Source: Octopus bimaculoides
Taxonomy: Eukaryota
Assembly: GCF_001194135.2 (NCBI RefSeq)
Contig: NC_068984.1
Coordinates: forward strand, 139,216,653-139,280,652
DNA length: 64,000 nucleotides
Reading direction: 5' to 3'
Positions within the stretch are counted from its first letter, which is position 1. Every line of letters begins with the position of its first letter. A model generated the notes under the pieces. That model was not told the origin of the DNA. It saw only the letters and a program-made list of their open reading frames with translations, and did no database searches. This document shows, one piece after another, positions 1 through 12,785 of the stretch. The position numbers and the translations under genes are program-made.

Positions 1-50
<50 letters not shown>

Positions 51-72
51 GTATGGTACATGTATATATATT

Positions 73-210
73 TTACTCTAGGTACAAGGCCGAAAATTTT
101 TTGGGATAGGGCTAGTCGATTAGACCTACACCAGTACGCAACTGGTACTTAATTTATGGACCCCGAAAGGCTGAAAGGCAAAGTCCACCTCGGCGGAATT
201 TGAAACAGAA
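73..210 (-). mobile_element. SINE family A fragment (tail variant ii)
   Basis: Reverse complement matches the family A body (ttcaaattccgccgaggtggactttgcctttca...gtaccagttgcgtactgg) and the tail ccttgtacctagagta shared with the 44261 copy. Confidence 0.8.
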
Positions 211-619
211 AATAATTTAATGTTTTTTTTTTTTTTATAATTATTTTCAATTGAATGATGACCCTTCGCTTGTCATCTGCGTTTCGTTAATTTCCGTTAA
301 TTTTTTAAATTTTTTATTTACTTTTGTTTCGAAATGAAAGAGAAGAGAAAGTGAAAGATGTATGTACGTGTATATGAAATGTGTGTGTGTGTGTGTGTGT
401 GTGAAAGAGGGAGAAAGTGAGAGGAAGAGATAGAGGAAGAGAGAGAGAGTGAAAGCTAGAGAGTGAAAGAGAGAGAATGAGTGTAGGGGTGTTATGTATA
501 CGTACATAGATCAATACATATGTGTACTTTGTATGTACTTGTGCATACGCGCGTGAGAGAGAGAGAGTGTGTGTGTGAGTGAACGTGTGTTCTCATATAT
601 GTGTAAGTGGCACACACAC

Positions 620-1262
620 ACACACATACACACATACACGTTCATTTCACATACCTTTAATACAACTTTCACTTTCTCCTCTCTTCAACTTTAAAACAAA
701 AGTAAACAAATAAAGAATACTTTTACGGAAATTAACGAACAAAATCAGCTGATCCGGATGGCAACTCTGGGAGTCGAAGCGAAAGATCCCCGCAAGGGAA
801 TACCATTACAACAAATTTTTGGAGTGCATTCAACATATCTCGTCTCCGACGATTTGGTTGCTGTTTCTAGCACGCCCTGTTACCACGTAACAGCTATTTC
901 GGCTAAAGGACCCGAAATACTTGTTACGCGGTAGCAGGGCATGCAACAAATAGCAGCCAACTCTTTCCTTTTCTGGGGAAAGGGGCCGTTTACGCGTGAT
1001 TTCGATGTTGCATTCGATGAAAGGATGCAAAATAAACTGGAAAAGAAAAAAAGCCATGAAACAAAAATCCGTTGCTGCGAAAGTCAAACTTTCCAGATGG
1101 ATCCAACGGGTCACGGTTAGTGTAGTATATACATATGTATATATATATATGCTGCGACGGGTAAATTGTCGCCATTTGATATTCTTAATTTCGCGCATAC
1201 ACATTTTGCTGAAGATTCCGAAGTCGTCTGGAGGCTGTGGTTGAAGGCAATGCCGATCTTAA
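620..1262. repeat. Unclassified GC-richer interspersed-repeat-like segment
   Basis: Its first ~100 bp recur inverted at 281-385. It is CpG-rich relative to the flanks and has no recognisable ORF. Classification not possible by eye. Confidence 0.35.
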
Positions 1263-1374
1263 TAAATAAATTTATTCTTTAATAATTGAAGATATTTTTA
1301 TGCAATTTTGGTAAATCTATCTGTTAAAATAAAATAACATTTTTGCATAATTTAGGCAACAATTTATTCGCCGC

Positions 1375-1417
<43 letters not shown>

Positions 1418-1766
1418 NNNNNNNNNNNNNNNNNNNNNNNNNNNNNNNNNNNNNNNNNNNNNNNNNNNNNNNNNNNNNNNNNNNNNNNNNNNNNNNNNNN
1501 NNNNNNNNNNNNNNNNNNNNNNNNNNNNNNNNNNNNNNNNNNNNNNNNNNNNNNNNNNNNNNNNNNNNNNNNNNNNNNNNNNNNNNNNNNNNNNNNNNNN
1601 NNNNNNNNNNNNNNNNNNNNNNNNNNNNNNNNNNNNNNNNNNNNNNNNNNNNNNNNNNNNNNNNNNNNNNNNNNNNNNNNNNNNNNNNNNNNNNNNNNNN
1701 NNNNNNNNNNNNNNNNNNNNNNNNNNNNNNNTATATATATATATGTATATATATATGTATGTGTGT

Positions 1767-1809
<43 letters not shown>

Positions 1810-2551
1810 CCTGTCGATTCATCTAGAAGCGATAGGCTCCAAAACTTAAGACGTGAACTTAATGTATTCTTTCATACATCATAACTGACTACTTACTCAC
1901 ATATATCTACAGAAATTCCTTCTCTAGATCTGTCTTAAACTTAGACATCGACAGATGGATGAATATATGCAAACATAAATACGTAAGCACATAAGTATTA
2001 TTTTCATTACCCAAAGCCTTAACGGCTTTCAAGAAAATTGAAAACACGTGATATATTTGAGTATCGTATCGCACGCATTAGGGCTTAAGCTAATATCCCA
2101 GTATAATTATCTTAGTTGTGTTGATTAAGCGTTGAGGAAATATTAGGAAGGTTTGATCAGAGTAAACTAATTTTGAAAATTATATCTCTTTCAGGAATTT
2201 TAAAGGGTCTATGATAGATCTACAAAAAACATAACATTAAAGGAGTTACAGAAACAGGATATTATTATTATCAAGTGAATGAACTATATTTTCGTATTAC
2301 TCTGGTTATACTTCCAATGTGAGATGGCGGTACCTTACTCTTTTAGTTCCACCTATTTGAAGTAGCGACAATATTCGGATAAATCGTATCGCATAGCTTC
2401 AAAAGGCATGGAGGTGTACACTGACTTGCGTTGGTTCATGGTACACAAAATTTTAAAACTGAGTTCAAACATGGGTATATATATTCTCAAAAGCAAAAGC
2501 GTAGGTGCGTTCGTACCTCCACGACAGCCGCGTTGTTGTTTTCTCTGAAAT

Positions 2552-2797
2552 CAGTGGTTCCCACCAGGGGACCACATCAAGCTTTGGGGTTTATATAAAA
2601 TTTTGTTGTTACATTTTATGTAGAAGAAGCTGATTATATTTATACAAGAATAAAATATTTTAACGACTTTTTATGCAATCCTTAGTAATATCTCATTTTT
2701 AAAATATAGTTTTTTTTTTTTTACTTAACTTAGGCGTCCAGGAGAAATGAATAGGAATCAAAGGGCCTTGTAGGAAACTAATGGTAGGGAACCACTG
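2552..2797. mobile_element. hAT (Charlie-like) MITE
   Basis: TIRs cagtggttccc (2552) and gggaaccactg (2787-2797). Degenerate 8-bp TSD tctgaaat / tgttaaat (6/8 match). Confidence 0.7.
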
Positions 2798-3673
2798 TGT
2801 TAAATGAACAGAAAAACATTTTCGAGTTAAAGACATTTTACCATACGGTTGCAGCTCTACTACGTCAGTCAAGTTCTGAAATAAGCTAATCTTCAATAAA
2901 TTGAACAGAAAACCCTATCCATGGAACATCTTTTATATTGGAATCACGCTTCCTGAACCTTTCAATATATCTTTGACTGATTCTCTCATTTAAGCAGTCC
3001 TTCCCAGAACCACCAAGAAAATTTTGGACTGCTACAGCTTCATTATTGTCTTATCAGATTAATAAGGCATGAGATGCCTTAAATGAGTAGTGGACAGGTT
3101 GTATATTTAGGAAAGACAGAGCAGTAATTGAATCAGATGATTCACGCTATGTCGATATAAATAAATAGTTGATAGTTTTGCACAACCCAAGATTATACTC
3201 TCAGCAAACTGCCAATTTTTTATTTGTTCACTCTGCTTAATACCTCGAGTTGTATATCATATAATATTTCAACTACATAAAATATATTTAATACGTGGGA
3301 TTTCTATTATAAGTACTATGTGCAAACATACACACACATAAATATATAAGCTTGTATGAATTTATGTAGGTAGGTATGTAGGTAAGCGTATATGCATGTA
3401 GATAGGTAGATAGGTATATATATATGTATGTATTTATTTAAATGTATCCAGTAAGTATAGAATAACCTGCAGAGAAAACATTTCTGAACTATTATAGAAT
3501 AATTAAAGAACTGGTATAGAGTTAATTAATTACTTTTTTTTAAATATTTTTTTATTCATTTCTTAACAGAACCTTACATATTTTGATTAACTTCTCATCA
3601 GCGTTGAGACATTTGCTTTGGAAATGTTTAGAAGATATTCATATTGCTCTGCGTCAAGCAAATTACAATATGC

Positions 3674-3730
<57 letters not shown>

Positions 3731-3804
3731 GCGCGCACACTCACACACTGAGACAGACAGAAAGACAGACAGTCAAACAGACAGACAGGCAGACAGACAG
3801 ATAT

Positions 3805-3846
3805 AGGTCTTCTTTTCTACTCTAGGCACAAGGTCCGAAATTTTTT
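3805..3846 (-). mobile_element. SINE family A 3' tail fragment
   Basis: tcttttctactctaggcacaaggtccgaaatttt is the reverse complement of the family A tail variant ii. Confidence 0.6.
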
Positions 3847-4110
3847 GGAACTGTAAAATTCAGTAAAACTTCCAGAAGTTTGTCATTTAAGTATATGTGA
3901 GCAGAGCATGTTTAGATATGTAAATTTATGCATGAGGACATACATAAAACAAAACTAACAAATTTGGACGTATACATACATACATACATACATACATACA
4001 CTGTTTTGATGTCGAAAATCCAATGAAGGATCCTTGGATCTAAGTTAGAAACTGGCCTTTTCTCTATTGGCAAGACATCTTGAAATAAAACAGAATACAT
4101 ACATACATGT
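3847..4110 (+). mobile_element. 3' end of R4-like REL non-LTR retrotransposon, family 2 (CATA-associated)
   Basis: Decayed ORF end (GTVK..KTxQKFVI*) plus a 3' UTR homologous to 27420-27720 and 32191-32460, followed by (CATA)n. Confidence 0.7.
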
Positions 4111-4169
4111 ATACATATATACATATTTTAACCTAGTGTCACTTTGATGGCATGCATTGCTCTCTCACT

Positions 4170-4170
4170 C

Positions 4171-4226
<56 letters not shown>
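4170..4226. repeat. (TAA)n microsatellite
   Basis: Seen directly. Confidence 0.95.
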
Positions 4227-4228
<2 letters not shown>

Positions 4229-5149
4229 TGCATGGAATACATTTCGGATTGTTATGGAAAACCGCAAACTCCAAAATGTCCCACTATTTCCATATCTGAA
4301 ATTTGATACCCATTTAATATCTCCTGCCTATATCCAAACCATCTGTCATATCTTTCATGTCTTTCATTATATGCTAAAACTGTTGGGCGGGCTATTGGTA
4401 GTTCCGAGAGCAATGGTTTTGGTGGTGATGGCGGTAAAATTATTGTCTTTATGATTGAAAGCAATATTTTTTTGGCAATTATTGATATGTACGGTTCACT
4501 GGATGGGAAAAATGGAATCGCTACAATCTGGTATCGATTTAACATTGGCTTCATCGGTGAAGAACTTGCTAAGAAGTCAAGCTAATATGAGCCAGACGAT
4601 GACTGATATACTCACAATCTGATTATATGCCTGAAAATGGAAATAAACAGAAAATATAAAAAAAAAGAACATCATTAACAATAACACGAAGAGTTGTAAT
4701 AGTAACAGACACAGCAAAAAATGAAATCTGCAAATATAATGGCCGCCACAAAGTTGCAAACGGTAAAAAAAACAAAGCAACAGCACAAACAACAAAGACA
4801 TGTAACGGCATCAAGAACTTCACCAATGACAAAGAAAAAAATATATAGTAGAACAAAATATTTGAACAACAACACAATAATAGCATTAAAAATAACAGCA
4901 TAACTATAGTGGCTGCAACAAAAGTGCAGCGAATGCAAAAAGTAGCACCGATATGAGGAACAACATTAAGAGACGAAAACAAGTGAATTCTATTTCGTTC
5001 TGGCTTTAAAATGTTTACGAGGATTTGTATCGTTATTTTTTTTCGTTTATTTATTTATTTTTTTTTTTTTGTTATCTTTGGCGACTAATATGTCAGAGAT
5101 GATTGATAAACTACATAAACAGATCATAAATTATAAACAAAATAAATAA

Positions 5150-5279
5150 ATATACAACAGCAACAACAACAACAACAATAATAATAATAATAATAATAAT
5201 AAAAATAATAATAGTAATAATAATAATGATGATGATAATAATAATAATAATAATTATAATAATAATAATAATAATAATG

Positions 5280-5343
<64 letters not shown>

Positions 5344-5350
5344 CAACAAT
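5150..5350. repeat. Compound (CAA)n/(TAA)n microsatellite
   Basis: Seen directly; source of the poly-I and poly-Y ORFs. Confidence 0.95.
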
Positions 5351-5524
5351 GATATGCAAATAGGCAGCCGCTTTTCACGGAAATGCTAGTTTCTCGACCA
5401 TCTAATCTGACAACTGTCAACTATTACACCCACCGACTTAGCTAACTAAGAAACCATCAAACAAACCACTCAGACTTGGAATTGTATAAGTAGATGAATG
5501 AAATATTCGGCAATAAAGTTATCA

Positions 5525-5902
5525 GCGTGTCTGGGTGGTAAAGCATTTTCTCCCTCAACGACATGGTTCCGGGTTCAGTCCGTCTGTGTGGCAACTTTGG
5601 TAGGAACCTTTTATAATCTCCGGCTGACCAAAGCCTTGCGAGTGGAATTGATAAACGAAAGCTGAAAGAATCCAATTGTGTGTGTGTGTGTGTGTCTGTG
5701 TCTGTCTGTCTTTGTTTTCCACCACTGCTTGAAACCGGTGGTGGTGGTGTGTCTACGTCCCCGTAACTTAGCGTTCCGGCAAGTGAGACCGATAGAATAA
5801 GTACCAGACTTGAAAAAAATTTTAGTACTGGGGTTTATTTGTTCAACTGAAATTCTTCAAGGCGTTGCCCCAGCATCGCCGCAGTCTAATAACTGAAACA
5901 AA
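5525..5902 (+). mobile_element. SINE family B (tRNA-derived head, internal microsatellite), diverged
   Basis: catggttccgggttcagtcc head, ccaaagccttgcgagtgga centre, and cgtccccgtaacttagcg...ccagcatcgccgcagtc tail match the other B copies. Confidence 0.8.
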
Positions 5903-5948
5903 CTCCGCTGCAGTTGTGTTGCTACTATTATTTCACACACACACACAC

Positions 5949-6000
<52 letters not shown>

Positions 6001-6344
6001 TATATTGGGGCTAAACTTATGGTTTGTTACTTTGGAGTTAGTCTGGCTAGAATAAAATTTTCGACCATAAATATCAATCTTATGCAATTTGCGTGAAATT
6101 TCCACTTTCTTATTTCTCCAATAAACGTACCAACAACATCACGTTGGTAGAATTCTATTAGAGAGAGAAAACACAAGGAAGTGCCATCTTGTAGCTACAT
6201 CTGGTTGGCTCTAGTTTTAATCATACCAACTCAGACATTGCCAGCTACTAGCTTCTCGTAGGTCAATCCCTGGTCATTTGTGAGAATAGACACTGAGATC
6301 TGTGGAAGGGAGATGCTACACGTGGTCAAGTGATAAAAATATTT

Positions 6345-7317
6345 TCGGCAGTTTGCAAAATTTCGTTCTGGTAACTTTGACCTCACACATGAGCAACGTA
6401 GTCAACCTGAAACAAATGTGGATAATGACCAACGGAAAGCCACCGTCGAGTCAGATCCATCTCAAAGTGCCCGTGAATTATCGTTGTTGTTTGGTGTTAG
6501 CAAGCAAATAATATTGACTCACTTAGTTCAAATCGGTAAAATGAAAACGTTGATTAAGTGAGTTCCACATGAACTCAGTGCAAATCAGAAATAACAACGT
6601 TTGGAAGCCTGCATTATGCAACTTTCTCGTCACAAAAATGAATCATGTTTTACTCCAATTGTAACATGTGATGAGAAATAGATCTAATACAACAACCGTA
6701 AACGTTCAGCAGAATGGTTGAACAAAGACGAGCCACCAAAACAGTCCAAAAAGCAAAATTCACCGAAAGAAGCTGATGGTGTGTGTTTGGTAGTCTGGCG
6801 CAGGTGCGATTCATTATGATTTCATTAAACCTGGCTCATCAATCACGGCTGAAGTATACTGCAGCAAAATAGAGCAAATGATGCAGAAACGTACAAAGAA
6901 AACAGCCTAGATTAGTCAACAGATCCACTCATGTTTTTATTGCAAGACAACGCCAGACCACACGTCGCAAAAATAACATTGGCGAAACTACAGGAGTTGG
7001 AGTCGGAAGTTCTCCATCATTCACCATACTCACCTGATCTTGCCCCCACTGGCTACCACTTCTTCCAGAATTTGGATAACTTTTGATAGGAAAAAAATTA
7101 ATTCCACGATGCTGTAAAACAGGCCTTCCAAGATTTTACTGACTCTAGATTGCCAGGCTTTTATAATTCCGGGCTGGACAAGCTACCGCTGAAATGGCAA
7201 AAGTGTATTGACAATATGGGTGCATACTTTGATGATTAAAACTATCCCTTGTATTTATAAAACATTAGCAAACTTTTTTTTTTCTTTTCTACAAATTTCG
7301 TACATGACGACCTAATA
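6345..7317 (+). mobile_element. Mariner (DD34D, Hsmar1/cecropia-like) transposase pseudogene with right TIR
   Basis: Frames give KFRSGNFDLTHEQ, *VPHEL, IVTCDEK, LQDNARPHVA and HSPYSPDLAPTGYHFFQNLDNF...KWQKCIDNMGAYFD, with stops and frameshifts. TIR ends ...gacgacctaa at 7315 followed by TA. Confidence 0.92.
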
Positions 7318-7559
7318 CATCATCTCAGGCCACGCCCGTTGATTATGTTTTTGCAAATCTCATCCTGATTTTCTAAGTGGCTTGTACGTAAAGTTTTGTA
7401 CTGCCTGTTTATACGCCTCCAAGAAGACAAATTTGTATACTTTCAACCTTCAATTTTTGTAATAGACTCAATCTCGTATTAATCTTTTTCGTCAATTTAT
7501 AGGTGCTTATTTCTGCGTAAATACATACACTCTTAGAAGTAGGGCGGAAAAGAAAGAAA

Positions 7560-7610
7560 TAGAGATAGATCGAGAGTGAGAGAGAGAGAGAATTAGAGAA
7601 AGAGAGACAG

Positions 7611-7675
<65 letters not shown>

Positions 7676-7695
7676 CAAAGAGAGGCAGAGAGAGG
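7560..7695. repeat. (AG)n microsatellite
   Basis: Seen directly. Confidence 0.95.
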
Positions 7696-8664
7696 CAGAC
7701 ATCTATACTAGTATATGCATGTCAGTGCTTGTCTTGTCGATGTTTAACGTTTCTAAATATTTATGAGTCACTGAGCAGTACCATGTTTCGTAATGTACTT
7801 GAATTTCTTGTAAAGTAAGTGTTCTGCGTATTCTGAAATGTCGTCTGGAATACTACAAGTGGTATAGCAACCATTTCTGTTCACCTAACTACATGACTTA
7901 TTATCTATTAAATTAAATGTGCTGCAGTTCGTAAGGAAACGGTTTGAAATGGTATTCATTTTGCAAGTTTTATTTGATTCCTATCGTATTACTATGTAAC
8001 TGTATGAAAAAGCTGAAACAATAAATGTGATCAGGTCTTTTATTATATTGTTCGTATTAGGTTCAATTTTGAATCTCAGGATTCTTAAGAATTCTATTCA
8101 TTGCTCCTTTATCGTAGACTATCAAGTCATTTTTGCTACCATTGATTTATTTGCAAATACATGCAGTTGTCAAAAGTGTGTAGATTCGCTTTCTCTATTC
8201 GATGCTTTCGTTGAGACTCATTGCTGACTGCTTCTCCAACGACTTCAATTGATTTAGTCATATTAATCGATATCAAACTGTAGAGAAGTAACAAAGTTCT
8301 AATTTCAGATAAGTTCCAGGAATAAAACATGGCTAGCTTTATTGTCCCTTTTTGCATTGTACATAATTAGGTTTATATTTGGCCCTTTATTAACTATTTA
8401 TCGCAGAGGTCAGTTACTGAAACTTATAACTTGCTGACAAACAAACTGACATTTTCATCAGCTCATGTCATCTTTCATGTAATAATATTGAAATAAGAAT
8501 ATCCATTCAGTAATAATTGTAAATGACTCGACAGGTAACGAGCTACGACTTATGGTAACGGGAGAGCTTGGAAATGAGATCTATGATGATGAGAAGCATA
8601 AAGGAGATGAAGGGGACGCTGGTAATGGATAGCGGTGACATCGTTGAAATAACTAGAGGACATA

Positions 8665-8705
8665 TCAAAATGAATGATAAAGAGTCGATAATAATAATGA
8701 TGATG

Positions 8706-8772
<67 letters not shown>

Positions 8773-8825
8773 TAATAATAATGATAAAGAGTCGATAATA
8801 ATAATAAAGAGTCGATAATAATAAA
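8665..8825. repeat. (TAA)n with three copies of aaagagtcgataataata
   Basis: The motif recurs near 8678, 8786 and 8806, consistent with slippage duplication. Confidence 0.8.
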
Positions 8826-8932
8826 TTTCCTAAGAATTATAAAAGGAACCAGTGAAATAGTACAGGGTACACGACATTATAGAAAGAGATTAATAAAAGA
8901 GAAAAATATTACTAGCATATACAAACATAGTT

Positions 8933-9092
8933 GCAGGCGTAGCTGTGTGGTATGAGGTCTGCCTTCCAATCCCATGGTTCCAAATACAATGCCAATGGAT
9001 GGTACCTTGGGTAAGTGCATTCATCTTATAGCTTTGGGCCGACCGAAGCCTTGTGAAGGGACTCGGTAGACAGAAACGGAAAGAAGCCCATC

Positions 9093-9164
<72 letters not shown>

Positions 9165-9494
9165 ACACACACACACACACGTGTGTGTGTGTATTTTTGT
9201 GCTTACGTTTCTCCCCCACCACACCTTGACAACCAATGTTGGTGTGTATGCGTCCCCATAGCTCTAGTAGTTCGGCAAATGAAGACGATGGAATAAGTTC
9301 CAGACTTAAAAAACAGCTTGGAGGGCGATTAGTTCGATTAAGAAATTCTACAAGAAACACAGATGATTGCAGCAATGTCAAACTCCTTCATCACCCAATA
9401 TCACGCATCAGAGGAGGTTTAGTGAAACTGAAGCAAAGTAAATGGCAGTGCCCCAGCATGGCCGCAGTCCTTCAACTGGAACTAAGACAAAAAA
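8933..9494 (+). mobile_element. SINE family B, full length
   Basis: gcaggcgtagctgtgtggt head; ttgggtaagtg...ccgaccgaagccttgtga centre; internal (TA)n/(TG)n; tail ccagcatggccgcagtcc. Confidence 0.85.
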
Positions 9495-9734
9495 TATATA
9501 TGTATGTCACAAACGACGGAGTATTATCATATTACTTGAAACCACATATTGGGACATAAGTATATATAAAATTATACTAATGGAGTCGCTTGAAACGATC
9601 GTACTGCTTTACCTTTGGGTATCCTGTTGACTATTTTGATTTTAATCACCTTACTTTGAAACTGTATGGATAATACCATACTTAATTCTGGTGCCTCAAC
9701 TTAAGTACCTAATTCATCTGAATCTAAATTTTTG

Positions 9735-9765
<31 letters not shown>

Positions 9766-10452
9766 NNNNNNNNNNNNNNNNNNNNNNNNNNNNNNNNNNN
9801 NNNNNNNNNNNNNNNNNNNNNNNNNNNNNNNNNNNNNNNNNNNNNNNNNNNNNNNNNNNNNNNNNNNNNNNNNNNNNNNNNNNNNNNNNNNNNNNNNNNN
9901 NNNNNNNNNNNNNNNNNNNNNNNNNNNNNNNNNNNNNNNNNNNNNNNNNNNNNNNNNNNNNNNNNNNNNNNNNNNNNNNNNNNNNNNNNNNNNNNNNNNN
10001 NNNNNNNNNNNNNNNNNNNNNNNNNNNNNNNNNNNNNNNNNNNNNNNNNNNNNNNNNNNNNNNNNNNNNNNNNNNNNNNNNNNNNNNNNNNNNNNNNNNN
10101 NNNNNNNNNNNNNNNNNNNNNNNNNNNNNNNNNNNNNNNNNNNNNNNNNNNNNNNNNNNNNNNNNNNNNNNNNNNNNNNNNNNNNNNNNNNNNNNNNNNN
10201 NNNNNNNNNNNNNNNNNNNNNNNNNNNNNNNNNNNNNNNNNNNNNNNNNNNNNNNNNNNNNNNNNNNNNNNNNNNNNNNNNNNNNNNNNNNNNNNNNNNN
10301 NNNNNNNNNNNNNNNNNNNNNNNNNNNNNNNNNNNNNNNNNNNNNNNNNNNNNNNNNNNNNNNNNNNNNNNNNNNNNNNNNNNNNNNNNNNNNNNNNNNN
10401 NNNNNNNNNNNNNNNNNNNNNNNNNNNNNNNNNNNNNNNNNNNNNNNNNNNN

Positions 10453-10509
<57 letters not shown>

Positions 10510-11213
10510 GCCTATATATATATATATGTATATATATGTATATATATACGTATATATATATATATAAGTATGAGTCTACACCATCAATCAAGTAAATCAA
10601 ACGAAATAATGCCATGGTGAGACTAATGACACAGGAACACAACATAATCTTCACAACACCTATCGTCGCTATAATAGGAATATATTATTCATTCTATTTT
10701 ATTAATATAGCTATCATTTCTGACACCAGCATAGTAGAAAAACCAATAAAATCCATTGGTAAAATTTGAGTACCTTTAGCGGAGGCAATCGATTATATTA
10801 TGATGTACCATCTCATTAATAATAAAATTAATAAAATAAAACTGCGGTGTATATTGCTCATTAAACCATGCAAGAATTGCTATTGACAGTGTATCTATAT
10901 ATATATATGAGTTATCAGGCATTTTTTGTATAAACTTTTGAAGATATATCATTAAGGTGTTATAATATAATCTAATCTATATCATTATTCGTTGTTGAAT
11001 TTTCAGGATTGGCCAGGAGCAATATTGATGAAATTAAAAATATTTAAACTTTTCTGTTCTTTGTTTTCAGTAGACGGTAGGTGCAGCAGCTTTTAAAGTT
11101 TGGGATTTCATAAACATTTCTCGCTTCTTCACACTCTCTCCGCTCTGCCTCTCTTTATACATACACCCGCACCTATATATTTATATTACAATGAAAATAA
11201 TTATCGTAAAAAT

Positions 11214-11217
<4 letters not shown>

Positions 11218-11300
<83 letters not shown>
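11218..11300. repeat. (CA)n microsatellite
   Basis: Seen directly. Confidence 0.95.
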
Positions 11301-11303
<3 letters not shown>

Positions 11304-11751
11304 TTAAATATAAACCAAAAGTAATTATCGTGAAAATGTAGATTGTAATGTGCCAGGATTCATTAGAATCACCGATGCATTACATTAATGCATGCTCTGA
11401 TTCATAACGCTGTCCTAATTATGGAAGACAAACTAGGAATTCATGCTTATCTTGTTTATACAACGTGTTACTTTGTGTGGCCCACTGAACTAAAAGATAT
11501 GGAAGTCAGATTGATTTAAATAGATTCGCGTGATACATCGATTTCACTTTGCAAAGGTATTGATTTTTGTGCTTTATAGAGTTTTGTCAATGTTTTTGAT
11601 TTTGAAAATGATTAAGATTCGCCATACGTAGATACATACCGCACCCCGTTAAGGATAATTCTATGTTTTATGCGAAGTATTAACTCTGCAAACTGTAAAT
11701 CGCCTGCTTCGCATACGTTTATATGGGATGTATGTATGCACACCTACACAC

Positions 11752-11982
11752 GAGCTGGCAGAAACGTTAGCACGCCGGGCGAAATGCTAAGCGGTATTTC
11801 GTCTGCAGTTGCGTTCCGAGTTCAAATTCCAACGAGGTTGACTTTGCCTTTCATCCTCTCGGGGTCGATAAATTAAGTACCAGTTACGCACTGGAGGTCG
11901 ATGTAATCGACTTAATCCCTTTGTTTGTTCTTGTTTGTCCCCTCTATGATTAGCCGCTTTTGAGCAATAAAGAAATAAGAAA
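11752..11982 (+). mobile_element. SINE family A, near full length (tail variant i)
   Basis: gagctggcagaaacgttagc (A-box-like) and gagttcaaattcc (B-box-like); tail ttaatccctttg...gcaataaagaaataagaaa. Confidence 0.9.
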
Positions 11983-12544
11983 TCAAACGTAGATAGCGTT
12001 GTATTTGTTCAATATTTTATGGCCACCCATTATGCGTGTGCTTAAATAAGATATGAAAAAAAATAAAAGAAGCTGCATGTATTTGCGATAGATGTGTGAA
12101 TGTAATGAGTCCAGGGATGGAATTTGCAATGATGTCACAATGGGAACATTGACGATTTTAATTTTGATTTTACCTGAGAATAGACACATGTGGCTGTTGA
12201 TTGCTGGATATGATACTTTTATTGTTCTGTTTCATCAACTGGAATTGTTTTGATGCATCATGACACATTTTACAGCATGCAGATCGATCTAGGTAATTTA
12301 TTCCGCAGCTATATGCAAAATAATTAACAATTTCCTTGTTCAGTCGTTTTCTTCGATGTAAATATTACGTCAAACCGTTCAATTAGCAACGGAAACTTTG
12401 ATAGTCTCGGCAAGGTATTTTGATGTATGTCACTTATTTTTATATGTAAGGATTTCTTTTTTATCTTTTAGACAAGAGTTAATAAAAGTACGCCGGCCTT
12501 TATAGGGATTCCAAGATTGGCCAAAGGAAAAGACAGACCAGTCC

Positions 12545-12785
12545 TCAGATAAGAGGGTCCATTTGTTCGACTAAAGGCGTCGCTCCAGCATGGCAGCAGT
12601 GAAATGACTGAACCAGATAAGGCGGCGAACTGGCAGAAACATTAGCATGCCTTTGCCTTTCATCCTTTCGGGGTCGATAAATTAAGTACCAGTTACGCAC
12701 TGGGGTCGATGTAATCGACTTAATCCCTTTGTCTGTCCTTGTTTGTCCCCTCTATGTTTAGCCCCTTGTGGGCAATAAAGAAATA
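12545..12785 (+). mobile_element. SINE B tail followed by an internally deleted SINE A
   Basis: ttcgactaaaggcgtcgctccagcatggc (B tail), then ggcggcgaactggcagaaacattagc joined directly to ctttgcctttcatcc with tail variant i. Confidence 0.8.

Noticed and set aside
2860-3050. ~55-codon minus-strand open stretch (AVAVQNFLGGSGKDCLNERISQRY..)
   Set aside because: No start codon, bounded by stops, weak splice sites and no recognisable family.
6003-6030. Possible left TIR of the 6345-7317 mariner (spacing ~1.3 kb fits)
   Set aside because: Only about 55% similar to the right TIR, and the intervening sequence shows no transposase N-terminus.
12176-12240. Minus-strand 65-nt exon candidate ending ctcag|gtaaaa
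   Set aside because: Acceptor lacks a pyrimidine tract and the peptide is unrecognisable.
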